This document shows, piece after piece, positions 55,135 through 63,650 of a stretch of DNA of 64,000 nt (position 1 is the first letter of the stretch; each line of letters begins with the position of its first letter). The notes beneath the pieces are model-generated. The model saw only the letters and a list, made by a program, of their open reading frames with translations. It had not been told where the DNA came from and ran no database searches. This stretch comes from Bacteroidales bacterium (lineage in GTDB: Bacteria > Bacteroidota > Bacteroidia > Bacteroidales > UBA7960). The DNA is taken from the NCBI GenBank assembly GCA_041687035.1, contig JAWLCS010000004.1, positions 34,077 through 98,076 on the forward strand. The letters run 5' to 3'. A program made the position numbers and the translations under genes.

Positions 55135-56781
55135 TTACTTCAATGGCTCGCCGGCCTTGCGGTGCTTCACATCATAATAACCGGGACGTTCTTTAATAGC
55201 GCTATTCTTAAAATCATCGGGATAATCCATTCCTTCGGGCCATGAACTCACCGAGTCGATGGGTCTAATATAGCCATCGTTGTATTTCACAAAGAGGTAG
55301 TGCCCCAGTTCGCGCCAGCGTTCAACCACACCTTCGGCCAGGTTTACGCTGAAATCGCTCAGGTATTCGTGCATCATGCTGGGGTTGGTTTCATACAGGG
55401 CCTTTGCAGCTTGGTCGGCAGCACGCGACATGGCATGGGCGCGCGACTCGAGCTCAAGTTGAACCTTCTGAATCTCAGGAATCATTAGGCTGTAATGCGG
55501 ATAGGCGTGATTTGCCACCTTGTTAAACACCCAAAAGGCCGAATTCCAGTCGAACTTAATGGGCGATCCAGTGCGATAAGAAACAGGCATCCTGGTCATG
55601 CCCATGTAAAGTGGCACAAATACGGTGGAATAGGTGTCGTCGACCGAATACCAGCAAATGCCACCTACGGCATCGGGCAGCCAGTTGCGCGATTGAGTCA
55701 CGAAAGAAAAGGCTGTTTGCGGCTGCGAAATGGGGCGTTCCCACGAATACTGCATGGTGTCGCCTTCGAGAGAAAATACCACCGGGCGCCAGCGATAGGG
55801 GCTTTCGTATGGACCGGCAGCAAAACCCTCGCGGGTGTAATAGGGCGTGTCATGGAAATGGTCGCGCACCAGGGTAATCATGCCCTCTACGCTGATTTTA
55901 TGATCGGGCCTAATAAACAGCGGGTAAGGCTCGGCTTCGGGCACCCCGCGCCAGTAGTCGGCCGAAAAGTTATGCGAAGGTGCCGCCCGCTTGTACACGC
56001 TCCAAACGCGGCTTTCGCAAAGCAACCGCGAACGCAGTGAAATGGGAGCATAAGCTTCGCGAAAGCTGAAATCGGCGCGATCGCCTTCAAACCAGCCCAT
56101 TTCACGGGCGAAGTCCACCACATCTTCCGACCACATCCAGTTTTCCGGATCATCCCAATTAACCTTTCTGATGCGCGATTGGTTGGCGTGGGCAGCAATG
56201 TAGCCATCGGGCACGCGGGCAGCCACCCAAACGCCGCCACTGCCATGTTTTCCTTTCCCGATAAAATCCATGATCCACACCTCGTCTTTGTCGGCGAAGA
56301 AGAAGGTCTCGCCGGTATCCTTATATCCATAGGTGCGGGCCAGGTCGTCGAGCACCACGATGGCCTCCCTGGCGGTGCGGGCACGCTGCAGGGTGGTCCA
56401 AATGAGGTTGCCATAGTCGAACAGCCCGGGCCCTCCGTGCAATTCGGAACGACCGGTAAAGGTAGTTTCGCCTATGGCCACCTGGTGCTCGTTCATATTT
56501 CCAATTACCTTGTAGGTGCGAGCCACCTGCTTAATGGTGCCCAGATATTCGCCTTCACGAAAGCCAAAAATATCGAGTGAGTCGCTTGGCTTATAAGTTC
56601 CCCCAGGATAAAAATGCACCGGCTGAACAAACCCGGCCACATCATACAAAAAACTGGTCATTACGCTGCCATCGGCACTGGCACCGCGCGAAACAAGCAC
56701 GCTGGTGCAGCCCATGCCCTGAAAGGATTGCAGAAAAAATCCTGCGAAAGCTATTACTGTAAGAATAAAACTTTTTGCCAT
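55135..56781 (-). CDS. C69 family dipeptidase (Ntn-hydrolase fold)
   Basis: A signal peptide is followed by GCTSVLVSRGASADGSVMTS, with the Cys nucleophile at the mature N-terminus. The protein is 548 aa. Confidence 0.85.
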   Translation of the reverse strand: MAKSFILTVIAFAGFFLQSFQGMGCTSVLVSRGASADGSVMTSFLYDVAGFVQPVHFYPGGTYKPSDSLDIFGFREGEYLGTIKQVARTYKVIGNMNEHQVAIGETTFTGRSELHGGPGLFDYGNLIWTTLQRARTAREAIVVLDDLARTYGYKDTGETFFFADKDEVWIMDFIGKGKHGSGGVWVAARVPDGYIAAHANQSRIRKVNWDDPENWMWSEDVVDFAREMGWFEGDRADFSFREAYAPISLRSRLLCESRVWSVYKRAAPSHNFSADYWRGVPEAEPYPLFIRPDHKISVEGMITLVRDHFHDTPYYTREGFAAGPYESPYRWRPVVFSLEGDTMQYSWERPISQPQTAFSFVTQSRNWLPDAVGGICWYSVDDTYSTVFVPLYMGMTRMPVSYRTGSPIKFDWNSAFWVFNKVANHAYPHYSLMIPEIQKVQLELESRAHAMSRAADQAAKALYETNPSMMHEYLSDFSVNLAEGVVERWRELGHYLFVKYNDGYIRPIDSVSSWPEGMDYPDDFKNSAIKERPGYYDVKHRKAGEPLK

Positions 56782-56982
56782 AATTTTTGAAATTGATTGA
56801 TTTTTAGTGCTTATTGAAAGTTACAAAAATAAAAGAATAAAAAAAGCTGGCAAATCTTTCACCGGCGTTGCGTAGGATTTCTGCTTGCGAAAAGGCCTGT
56901 GGGGGCTGTTTAGGATAAACATTTTGCACTTATGGCCGGGACAAATCTTGAATCAGCCGGCAAAAAAAAATTTTCTATTGTC

Positions 56983-57012
56983 TTGGCAGAAAAACTTAAA
57001 CAAGTAAATTTG
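56983..57012 (+). promoter_or_regulatory. Putative Bacteroidota-type promoter (cTTG-N19-TAAATTTG) for the gene at 57069
   Basis: TAAATTTG at 57005..57012 matches TAnnTTTG, and a TTG sits at 56983..56985. The predicted start region reads GGGGATTTTTTC. Confidence 0.35.
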
Positions 57013-57068
57013 TGGGGATTTTTTCAAGGGCAAACTCATTGAAGCACTAAACAATAAAAACTCATCTT

Positions 57069-58427
57069 ATGTCTAAGAACAGGAAAAATGTGATCATTAT
57101 TGGAGCTGCCGGAAGGGACTTCCATAATTTCAACACGTATTACCGGGGAAATGACCACTACAATGTGGTTGCCTTTACTGCTGCGCAAATCCCTGACATT
57201 GACGGACGCAAATACCCTGCAGAACTTGCCGGGGCGCAATACCCCGATGGGATTCCGATCTATGCCCAGGAAGACCTTACCCGCCTGATCAAGGAGTTGG
57301 ATGTTGATATATGTGCATTTTCTTACAGCGATGTTTCCTACCAGGAGGTGATGGCCGTAGGTGCCATTGTAAACACCGCCGGGGCTGACTTTTTCCTTAT
57401 CGGCCCCAAGGAAACTATGATTAAGAGCACCAAACCCGTTATTGCCGTTGGCGCCGTTCGCACTGGTTGTGGCAAAAGCCAGACTTCGCGCCGCATCATC
57501 GAGGTGCTCATGGACCATGGCATTAAGGTGGTGGCCATTCGTCACCCCATGCCTTATGGCGACCTGGTAGCCCAGAAGGTGCAACGTTTTGCCACTATTG
57601 AAGACCTGAAAAAGCACAAGTGCACCATTGAAGAAATGGAAGAGTACGAACCCCACGTGGTGCGTGGAAACGTGATTTATGCCGGTGTGGATTATGAAGC
57701 CATTCTGCGCGAAGCAGAAAAGGAAGCCGACGTGATTTTGTGGGATGGCGGAAACAACGACTTCCCCTTCTATAAGCCCGACCTGATGGTGACCGTGGTG
57801 GACCCACATCGCCCGGGCCACGAATTGAACTACTACCCCGGCGAAGTTACCCTACGCATGGCCGACATTGTGGTAATCAACAAAATGGATAGCGCCGGTC
57901 CCGAAGGTATCCAAATCGTTCGCGACAGCATTGCCAAAGTTAACCCCAACGCCATTGTTATCGATGGCGCCTCGCCACTTACTGTCGACAAGCCCGAACT
58001 GATCAAAGGCAAGCGCGTGCTGGTGGTTGAAGATGGCCCCACCCTTACCCACGGTCATATGAAACTGGGTGCTGGAACTGTAGCTGCCAAAAAATTTGGC
58101 GCCGCCGAGCTGGTTGATCCCAGGCCATTCGTGGTAGGCAGACTGGCCGAGACTTTCGAAATTTATCCAAACATTGGCACCTTGCTTCCGGCTATGGGAT
58201 ATGGCGATGAGCAGATAGCTGACCTGGAAAAATCCATTAACAATACCGATTGCGATACAGTGGTTATTGCCACCCCTATCGATCTTTCCCGTATTGTTAA
58301 AATCAACAAGCCCACAGTAAAAGTGGAATACGAACTGCAGGAAATCGGGGCACCCACATTTTGCAGCCTTGTTTGCGACTTCCTGAAAAACAAGAAGTTA
58401 ATCAAAAGCGACTGTGGTTGTAAATAA
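57069..58427 (+). CDS. P-loop protein of the COG2403 / cyclic 2,3-diphosphoglycerate synthetase-like 'predicted GTPase' family
   Basis: NVIIIGAAGRDFHNFNTYYRGNDHYNVVAFTAAQIPDIDGRKYP, the P-loop AVGAVRTGCGKSQTSRR and VVAIRHPMPYGDL are present. The protein is 452 aa. The family assignment is from memory of similar annotated bacterial proteins and was not searched. Confidence 0.6.
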   Translation: MSKNRKNVIIIGAAGRDFHNFNTYYRGNDHYNVVAFTAAQIPDIDGRKYPAELAGAQYPDGIPIYAQEDLTRLIKELDVDICAFSYSDVSYQEVMAVGAIVNTAGADFFLIGPKETMIKSTKPVIAVGAVRTGCGKSQTSRRIIEVLMDHGIKVVAIRHPMPYGDLVAQKVQRFATIEDLKKHKCTIEEMEEYEPHVVRGNVIYAGVDYEAILREAEKEADVILWDGGNNDFPFYKPDLMVTVVDPHRPGHELNYYPGEVTLRMADIVVINKMDSAGPEGIQIVRDSIAKVNPNAIVIDGASPLTVDKPELIKGKRVLVVEDGPTLTHGHMKLGAGTVAAKKFGAAELVDPRPFVVGRLAETFEIYPNIGTLLPAMGYGDEQIADLEKSINNTDCDTVVIATPIDLSRIVKINKPTVKVEYELQEIGAPTFCSLVCDFLKNKKLIKSDCGCK

Positions 58428-58432
58428 TCTTT

Positions 58433-58458
58433 AAAGGGGCTTTTGCCCCTTTTTTTTT
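58433..58458 (+). terminator. Intrinsic terminator or attenuator hairpin between the COG2403-like gene and pyrB
   Basis: aaaggggc-tttt-gcccctttttttttt starts 6 nt after the TAA at 58425..58427 and lies 50 nt upstream of the pyrB ATG. Confidence 0.7.
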
Positions 58459-58507
58459 GCCTATATTTAATGAAAAATTCAAAACCCAAACCATAACCCA
58501 AGTTACT

Positions 58508-59416
58508 ATGAAGAACAAAAGCCTCGTTTCCATTAACGATTACACCAAGGAAGAGCAACTGCGCGTGCTGGAGGTTGCCCGTGAGTTTGAGAAGAACCCG
58601 GTGCAAACCATATTGCAGGATTATGTCGTAGCCTCCTTGTTTTTCGAACCCTCAACACGCACCCGGCTCAGCTTCGAGAGTGCCGTAAACCGCTTAGGCG
58701 GAAAAGTTATTGGCTTTTCGGAAGCAGGTAGCACCAGTGTAAAAAAAGGAGAGTCGCTGCGCGACACCATACTAACTATTGCCAATTATTCTGACCTTAT
58801 TGTGATGCGCAACCCGGTAGAGGGCAGTGCCCGCTTTGCGGCAGAGATCAGCCCGGTGCCCATTATCAATGCCGGCGATGGCGCCAATCAGCACCCCACA
58901 CAAACTCTGCTCGACCTCTACAGCATCATGAAAACCCAGGGGACCCTCGACAACCTGCACGTGGCTTTTGTCGGCGACCTTAAATACGGGCGAACCGTGC
59001 ACTCACTGGTTATCGCACTGTGCAACTACAACACTACCTTCCACCTTGTCTCGCCTGTAGAACTCAAACTGCCCAGCTCGGTAAAAATGCATATTAAGGA
59101 GAAAAATCTCAATTACCATCAGTATACCGACATGGAAGAGGTGATTCCAAATGCTGATGTGCTTTACATGACACGCATTCAGCGCGAGCGCTTCAGCGAT
59201 CCGCTGGAGTACGAGCGTATTAAAAATTCGTACAACCTGCATCACGATATGATCATCAACACCAAGGAAAACTTCAAGGTGCTGCATCCCCTGCCCAGGG
59301 TAAATGAGATCGACATAAACGTGGACCTCAGCCCAAAGGCCTACTATTTTGAGCAGGCTCTCAACGGTGTGTTTGTTCGCCAGGCACTTATGGCGCTTAT
59401 CCTGGGCTTACGTTAA
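58508..59416 (+). CDS. pyrB: Aspartate carbamoyltransferase catalytic subunit
   Basis: I used the internal ATG 58508. FFEPSTRTRLSFE, NQHPTQTLLDL and HPLPRVNEI are present. Confidence 0.92.
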   Translation: MKNKSLVSINDYTKEEQLRVLEVAREFEKNPVQTILQDYVVASLFFEPSTRTRLSFESAVNRLGGKVIGFSEAGSTSVKKGESLRDTILTIANYSDLIVMRNPVEGSARFAAEISPVPIINAGDGANQHPTQTLLDLYSIMKTQGTLDNLHVAFVGDLKYGRTVHSLVIALCNYNTTFHLVSPVELKLPSSVKMHIKEKNLNYHQYTDMEEVIPNADVLYMTRIQRERFSDPLEYERIKNSYNLHHDMIINTKENFKVLHPLPRVNEIDINVDLSPKAYYFEQALNGVFVRQALMALILGLR

Positions 59417-59451
59417 TTCATTGCAGGTGTAACACTTAAACGAACAAAAAA

Positions 59452-59913
59452 ATGAGCGAAAAAATAAAAGAACTGAAAGTTTCGGCCATTGAAAACGGAA
59501 CCGTAATTGACCATATCCCCTCGCATGCCGTTTTCCAGGTAATCCGCATTCTGAAACTCGACAGCTTTGACAGCATGGTGCTTTTTGCCACCAACCTCGA
59601 GAGCAAAAAATACGGTACCAAAGGCATTATTAAGGTGAGCAACAAATTCTTCCTGCCCGAAGAACTGAACAAAATTGCCTTGGTGGCGCCCCACGCCTCG
59701 ATTATTGAAATCAGGGATTTTCGTGTTAGCAGCAAGAAGATTGTTGAAATTCCCGATCATGTAAACGGCATCGTAAGATGCTTTAATCCCAACTGTGTGA
59801 CCAATCATGAGCAGGTCTCCACCCGCTTTACCGTTATTGAGCAGGAGGACCTGAGATTAAAATGCCATTTCTGCGAAAAGATCACGCGCCGCAGCAATAT
59901 GGAATTCAAATAA
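59452..59913 (+). CDS. pyrI: Aspartate carbamoyltransferase regulatory subunit
   Basis: LKVSAIENGTVIDHIP is present, with the zinc domain CFNPNC...CHFCEK. Confidence 0.9.
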   Translation: MSEKIKELKVSAIENGTVIDHIPSHAVFQVIRILKLDSFDSMVLFATNLESKKYGTKGIIKVSNKFFLPEELNKIALVAPHASIIEIRDFRVSSKKIVEIPDHVNGIVRCFNPNCVTNHEQVSTRFTVIEQEDLRLKCHFCEKITRRSNMEFK

Positions 59914-59935
59914 GAAATTTGCCGAAAAAGAAATA

Positions 59936-59974
59936 AGAAAGCCCCGGAGCACAAAAGGTTGTCCGGGGCTTTTC
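59936..59974. terminator. Bidirectional rho-independent terminator (pyrI / gpsA convergent pair)
   Basis: aaagccccgga-(13 nt)-tccggggctttt. Confidence 0.75.
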
Positions 59975-60970
59975 TCAGGAAAGTTTTCCGCTTAACTCTG
60001 CCATTTCGGCCGAGGGCTTATGGTTTTTATACAGGATATTGTACACTGCTTCGCATATGGGAATATATACCCCCAGCTCGTCGTTAATTTCCTTAATACA
60101 TTTGGCCGCATAATATCCCTCGGCCACCATTTCCATTTCCACCTGTGCAAACTTTACGCTGTAGCCTTTGCCAATCATGGTTCCAAAGGTACGATTACGG
60201 CTGAACCTGCTGTAGCAGGTCACCAACAAGTCGCCCAGGTAAACCGAACTTTTTATGTCGCGGTCGATGGGATGCACGGCTTTTACAAAGCGTTCTATTT
60301 CTTGTATGGCATTGCTGATCAGCACCGCCTGGAAGTTGTCGCCATAGCCCAGGCTGGCAGCAATACCGCTGGCAATGGCAATTATGTTTTTGATTACCGG
60401 ACCGTATTCGGTGCCGTAAATATCGTCGGAAGTGGTGGCATAAATATATCTGCAAGAGAACAAGCCGGCAATAACGACTGACAAACGCGGGGTTTCTGAG
60501 GCTACGGTGAGGTAGGTAAGTTTTTCTGCCGCCACTTCTTCGGCATGGCTGGGGCCACTCACCACCACAAAATTCCCGGGCTGAACCCTGAACTGCTTCC
60601 TGAAGTAATCGAGCACAATGCTGTTGAATTCAGGAACAATGCCTTTGATGGCGCTGATTACAATCTTATCCTTTAGCAGGGATGGCTTCACATGGCCCAT
60701 GGATTGGTGCAAAAAAGCCGCCGGGATGCAAAACAGCACTACATCGGAACGTCGCAGCACCTCTTCAATGTCGTTAGAAATAAACAGCCGGGTGGTGTCG
60801 AAAGTAACAGAGCTCAGGTATCTGGGGTTGTGCTGCCAGGTATGGAGGTGTTCAGCAATCTCCTGCTCACGCACCCACCAGTTGAGTTTCTCCACATTGT
60901 TGAGCAAAATTTTCACAATGGCAGTGGCCCAGCTCCCCGAGCCAACCACTGCAATCCGCTTTTCAGCCAC
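59975..60970 (-). CDS. gpsA: NAD(P)H-dependent glycerol-3-phosphate dehydrogenase
   Basis: The Rossmann motif IAVVGSGSWATAI is present, along with GPSHAEEV, and the protein is 331 aa. Confidence 0.9.
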   Translation of the reverse strand: MAEKRIAVVGSGSWATAIVKILLNNVEKLNWWVREQEIAEHLHTWQHNPRYLSSVTFDTTRLFISNDIEEVLRRSDVVLFCIPAAFLHQSMGHVKPSLLKDKIVISAIKGIVPEFNSIVLDYFRKQFRVQPGNFVVVSGPSHAEEVAAEKLTYLTVASETPRLSVVIAGLFSCRYIYATTSDDIYGTEYGPVIKNIIAIASGIAASLGYGDNFQAVLISNAIQEIERFVKAVHPIDRDIKSSVYLGDLLVTCYSRFSRNRTFGTMIGKGYSVKFAQVEMEMVAEGYYAAKCIKEINDELGVYIPICEAVYNILYKNHKPSAEMAELSGKLS

Positions 60971-61102
60971 AGTTATTTCTAATTAGTGTAAGACAAATGA
61001 TCAGAAAGTTGGCAAACTGTTTTTCACTGAATTACCCTGCCTTTGTCAGTTTTTCATTCCATTAATAGGATAAAACATTGACAACGATGTTTACAATGAT
61101 AA

Positions 61103-61118
61103 TCCCGCACACGCGGGA
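61103..61118 (-). terminator. Weak hairpin downstream of the M28 peptidase gene (possible terminator)
   Basis: tcccgc-acac-gcggga, a 6-bp stem with only a poor U-tract. Confidence 0.3.
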
Positions 61119-61138
61119 ACAACAATTTAAAACTTTCC

Positions 61139-62812
61139 TTACAACTGCACTTCGAAAGTAATTACCTGTTCGCCCCTTTTCACGGTAACGTGAGTGACCC
61201 GCCCTGCCTGGAGGTTTCCGAGCGCGCGCATATACGACTGGATTTCCTTGATTTCCTCTTCATCAATTCGGATAATCACGTCACCATTCTGGATACCCGC
61301 TTTTTGTGCCGGGCGTTCGTCGATCACGGCCTGTATCCTCATACCCTGCGCTTCATAGGCATGATCGGGCATTAAGCCCAGGGTAACGCCATCGGAACGC
61401 CGGCGTCGCGTATCGGTGGTCTGTGTGGGAGTGAATGCCAGGCGGTCTTCGGCTTCGATCAAGCGCATCAGGTCGTATGAAAAACCAAGAATTTCATAGG
61501 TACCCTTATAGTTTACCTTGTCGGGCGTATCGCCGGGCCGGTGATAGTCGTCGTGGATGCCAGTGAAGAAAAACAACACCGGAATGTCTTTCATGTAAAA
61601 GGCGGTATGGTCTGATCCGCCTAAGCCACCGGGGCTTTTGCGGATGTTGAAATGCTCTGGGGCCGCCCGGTCGATGAGGGGCTCCCACATTGGCGTGGTG
61701 CCGGTTCCGATCAGCGCCAGGCTGTAGTCGTTGAGCCTGCCAAGCATATCGAAGTTGAGCATGTAATTCACCTTATTCATGTCGTAGGCATCGCTTTCGG
61801 CAAAATAGCGGCTGCCCAGCAATCCTTTTTCTTCCGCCGTAAAGGCAATGAAAATATAGTTGTGCTTCTTCAGGTCGGAGTTTACCAGGTATCGGGCAGC
61901 TTCAATAACCCCGGCGGTGCCGCTGGCGTTGTCGTCGGCACCGGGGTGAATGAGGTGTTCGCCGGGACTGCGCGATCCCGAGCCCCCAAAGCCCAGGTGA
62001 TCGTAATGCCCGCCAATCACCACAGTGGTGGGTGCGTTGTTATCCCAGTATCCAGCCACGTTGATACCAGTGTGCATCTCACGCTCCAGCTCAGTCGACA
62101 TAAAAATTTCTATTCCGGGCTGCCCCTTAATTGTTTCAGCTACTTCAGCTGTGACAAAAACCACCGGAATATCTTCGCGCGGCACGTTCATGCGTAGGCT
62201 GATACGCGGGTCGGTGCGCCATGAGAGGCTGTTGACCAAAACGATTCCAACTGCACCTTTTTTTACGGCAAGTTCAATTTTGTTGGCCAATGCATCGCGC
62301 GAGTTGATGCCAATTTTCTCCTCCAGGCCCTCTGGAGAATAATACTCCAGCACCACAATCTTTCCGGCCACATTGCCTAGGCTTGCGTAATTGTCAATTC
62401 CTTCCACTCCTTCCAGACCAAAGCCGGCATATACCGAGGGGGCATTGGCCGAAGCATTGCCGGTGTTGGGCATGGCAAAAAAATCTCTCTCAAACCCATA
62501 CTCCTTTCCGTACATTACGAAAAAATTGTCGGGCCCAGCAATAAACTCACCGGAGAAAGGTACTTCCTGAAAATAGGATTCACCAAACAGGGGTTTGATA
62601 CCAGCTTCCTGCATGCGCGCCTTAATGTATTCGGCAGCCTTGCGTTCGCCAACGGTGCCGGCTTCACGGCCTTCCAATGAGTCGGAAGCCAGGGTGTAAA
62701 CGTCTTTTTGCAGGCGCTCAATGACGGATTGCTCAGAAAAATCGAATGGTTGCTGGGCAACAACGACTTGGGTCAAAAAGGCCAGGGCAACAAATATTTT
62801 AAAAGTTCTCAT
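61139..62812 (-). CDS. M28 family metallopeptidase with PA insert and C-terminal PDZ domain
   Basis: A signal peptide is present. M28 motifs include GGHYDHLGFGG, ADDNASGTAG, FTAEEKGLLGS, NFDMLG and GGSDHTAF. The C-terminus GMRIQAVIDERPAQKAGIQNGDVIIRIDEEEI is a PDZ domain. Confidence 0.8.
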   Translation of the reverse strand: MRTFKIFVALAFLTQVVVAQQPFDFSEQSVIERLQKDVYTLASDSLEGREAGTVGERKAAEYIKARMQEAGIKPLFGESYFQEVPFSGEFIAGPDNFFVMYGKEYGFERDFFAMPNTGNASANAPSVYAGFGLEGVEGIDNYASLGNVAGKIVVLEYYSPEGLEEKIGINSRDALANKIELAVKKGAVGIVLVNSLSWRTDPRISLRMNVPREDIPVVFVTAEVAETIKGQPGIEIFMSTELEREMHTGINVAGYWDNNAPTTVVIGGHYDHLGFGGSGSRSPGEHLIHPGADDNASGTAGVIEAARYLVNSDLKKHNYIFIAFTAEEKGLLGSRYFAESDAYDMNKVNYMLNFDMLGRLNDYSLALIGTGTTPMWEPLIDRAAPEHFNIRKSPGGLGGSDHTAFYMKDIPVLFFFTGIHDDYHRPGDTPDKVNYKGTYEILGFSYDLMRLIEAEDRLAFTPTQTTDTRRRRSDGVTLGLMPDHAYEAQGMRIQAVIDERPAQKAGIQNGDVIIRIDEEEIKEIQSYMRALGNLQAGRVTHVTVKRGEQVITFEVQL

Positions 62813-62925
62813 GAAAACCGGTTTAAGTTATTTAGAGTGTGACATCGCTGAAGCAAAAGGGTTTAACGCAACGTGTAAAAATAGTGCTTTTTGAATAAAT
62901 AAGAACAGGCAATTTTCTCAAATAC

Positions 62926-63582
62926 TCAGCCTTTGCCATCCCATTCTTCAAAAAATCTTTGAAGGAACTGCTCCATGTAGTGGTGCCCCTCCAGTGCCAT
63001 TTCTTTGGCGGCAGGGGTATTCATCTGATCCTTAAGCAAAAGAAGCTTTTCGTAAAAATGATTGATGGTGGATCCTTTTGATTTTTTGTATGCATCAAAG
63101 GATGGATGCAAAACCGGTTTCTCGCCGGGGGTATGCATCTCCCTTCCCTTGCTGCCGCCGTAAGCAAAAGCCCTGGCTATACCAATGGCGCCAATGGCAT
63201 CGAGGCGGTCGGCATCCTGCACCACCCTGCCTTCAAGGGTTAGCATGGGTGTTTTCACCCCTGCCCCTTTAAACGAAATCCCTGCAATAATCTCACACAC
63301 ATGGTCATTGACTTCCTTCTCCACGCCCAATTTCTCAAGCCAGGCCCTCGCGGCCTTTGGCCCGGCATTTTCGTCGCCATCATGAAACTTCCAGTCGGCA
63401 ATGTCGTGCAGCAGGGCTGCCAGTTCCACCACAAAAAGATCGGCTTGCTCCTGCTGTGCAATCTTTACGGCAGTTTTCCATACCCGGTACACATGCCACC
63501 AGTCGTGCCCGCTGCCATCTCCCGAAAGGGTTTCCCTGGCAAATTCTGCCGTTTTACGAATTATATGTTCTCTGCTCATCAA
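62926..63582 (-). CDS. HD-domain phosphohydrolase
   Basis: GHDWWHVYRVW...AALLHDIADWKF...QDADRLDAIGAIG matches the H...HD...D pattern. Confidence 0.8.
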   Translation of the reverse strand: MMSREHIIRKTAEFARETLSGDGSGHDWWHVYRVWKTAVKIAQQEQADLFVVELAALLHDIADWKFHDGDENAGPKAARAWLEKLGVEKEVNDHVCEIIAGISFKGAGVKTPMLTLEGRVVQDADRLDAIGAIGIARAFAYGGSKGREMHTPGEKPVLHPSFDAYKKSKGSTINHFYEKLLLLKDQMNTPAAKEMALEGHHYMEQFLQRFFEEWDGKG

Positions 63583-63593
63583 AAATGCAAAAA

Positions 63594-63632
63594 AGAGGCT
63601 GTCTCAAAAACCAGTTTTAAGAAACAGCCTCT
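63594..63632 (-). terminator. Palindromic element H2 acting as a rho-independent terminator on the minus strand; related to H1 at 49391
   Basis: The plus strand reads AGAGGCTGTCTCAAAAACCAGTTTTAAGAAACAGCCTCT, with a 9-bp perfect outer stem AGAGGCTGT/ACAGCCTCT. On the minus strand it is followed by TTTTTTGCATTTTT. Confidence 0.6.
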
Positions 63633-63650
63633 ACTATTATATAAACCTCT

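Noticed and set aside
56932-57042. 36-codon upstream ORF (MAGTNLESAGKKKFSIVLAEKLKQVNLWGFFQGQTH) ahead of the COG2403/pyrBI locus, considered as a leader peptide
   Set aside because: It spans the predicted promoter, so it would not be transcribed from it. It has no pyrimidine-related codon feature or adjacent attenuator, and it is too short to support without conservation data.
57036-57821. 261-aa minus-strand ORF
   Set aside because: It is codon-aligned antisense to the COG2403-like gene, which has a P-loop and a conserved N-terminus. The antisense product is H/G/V-rich and shows no motifs.
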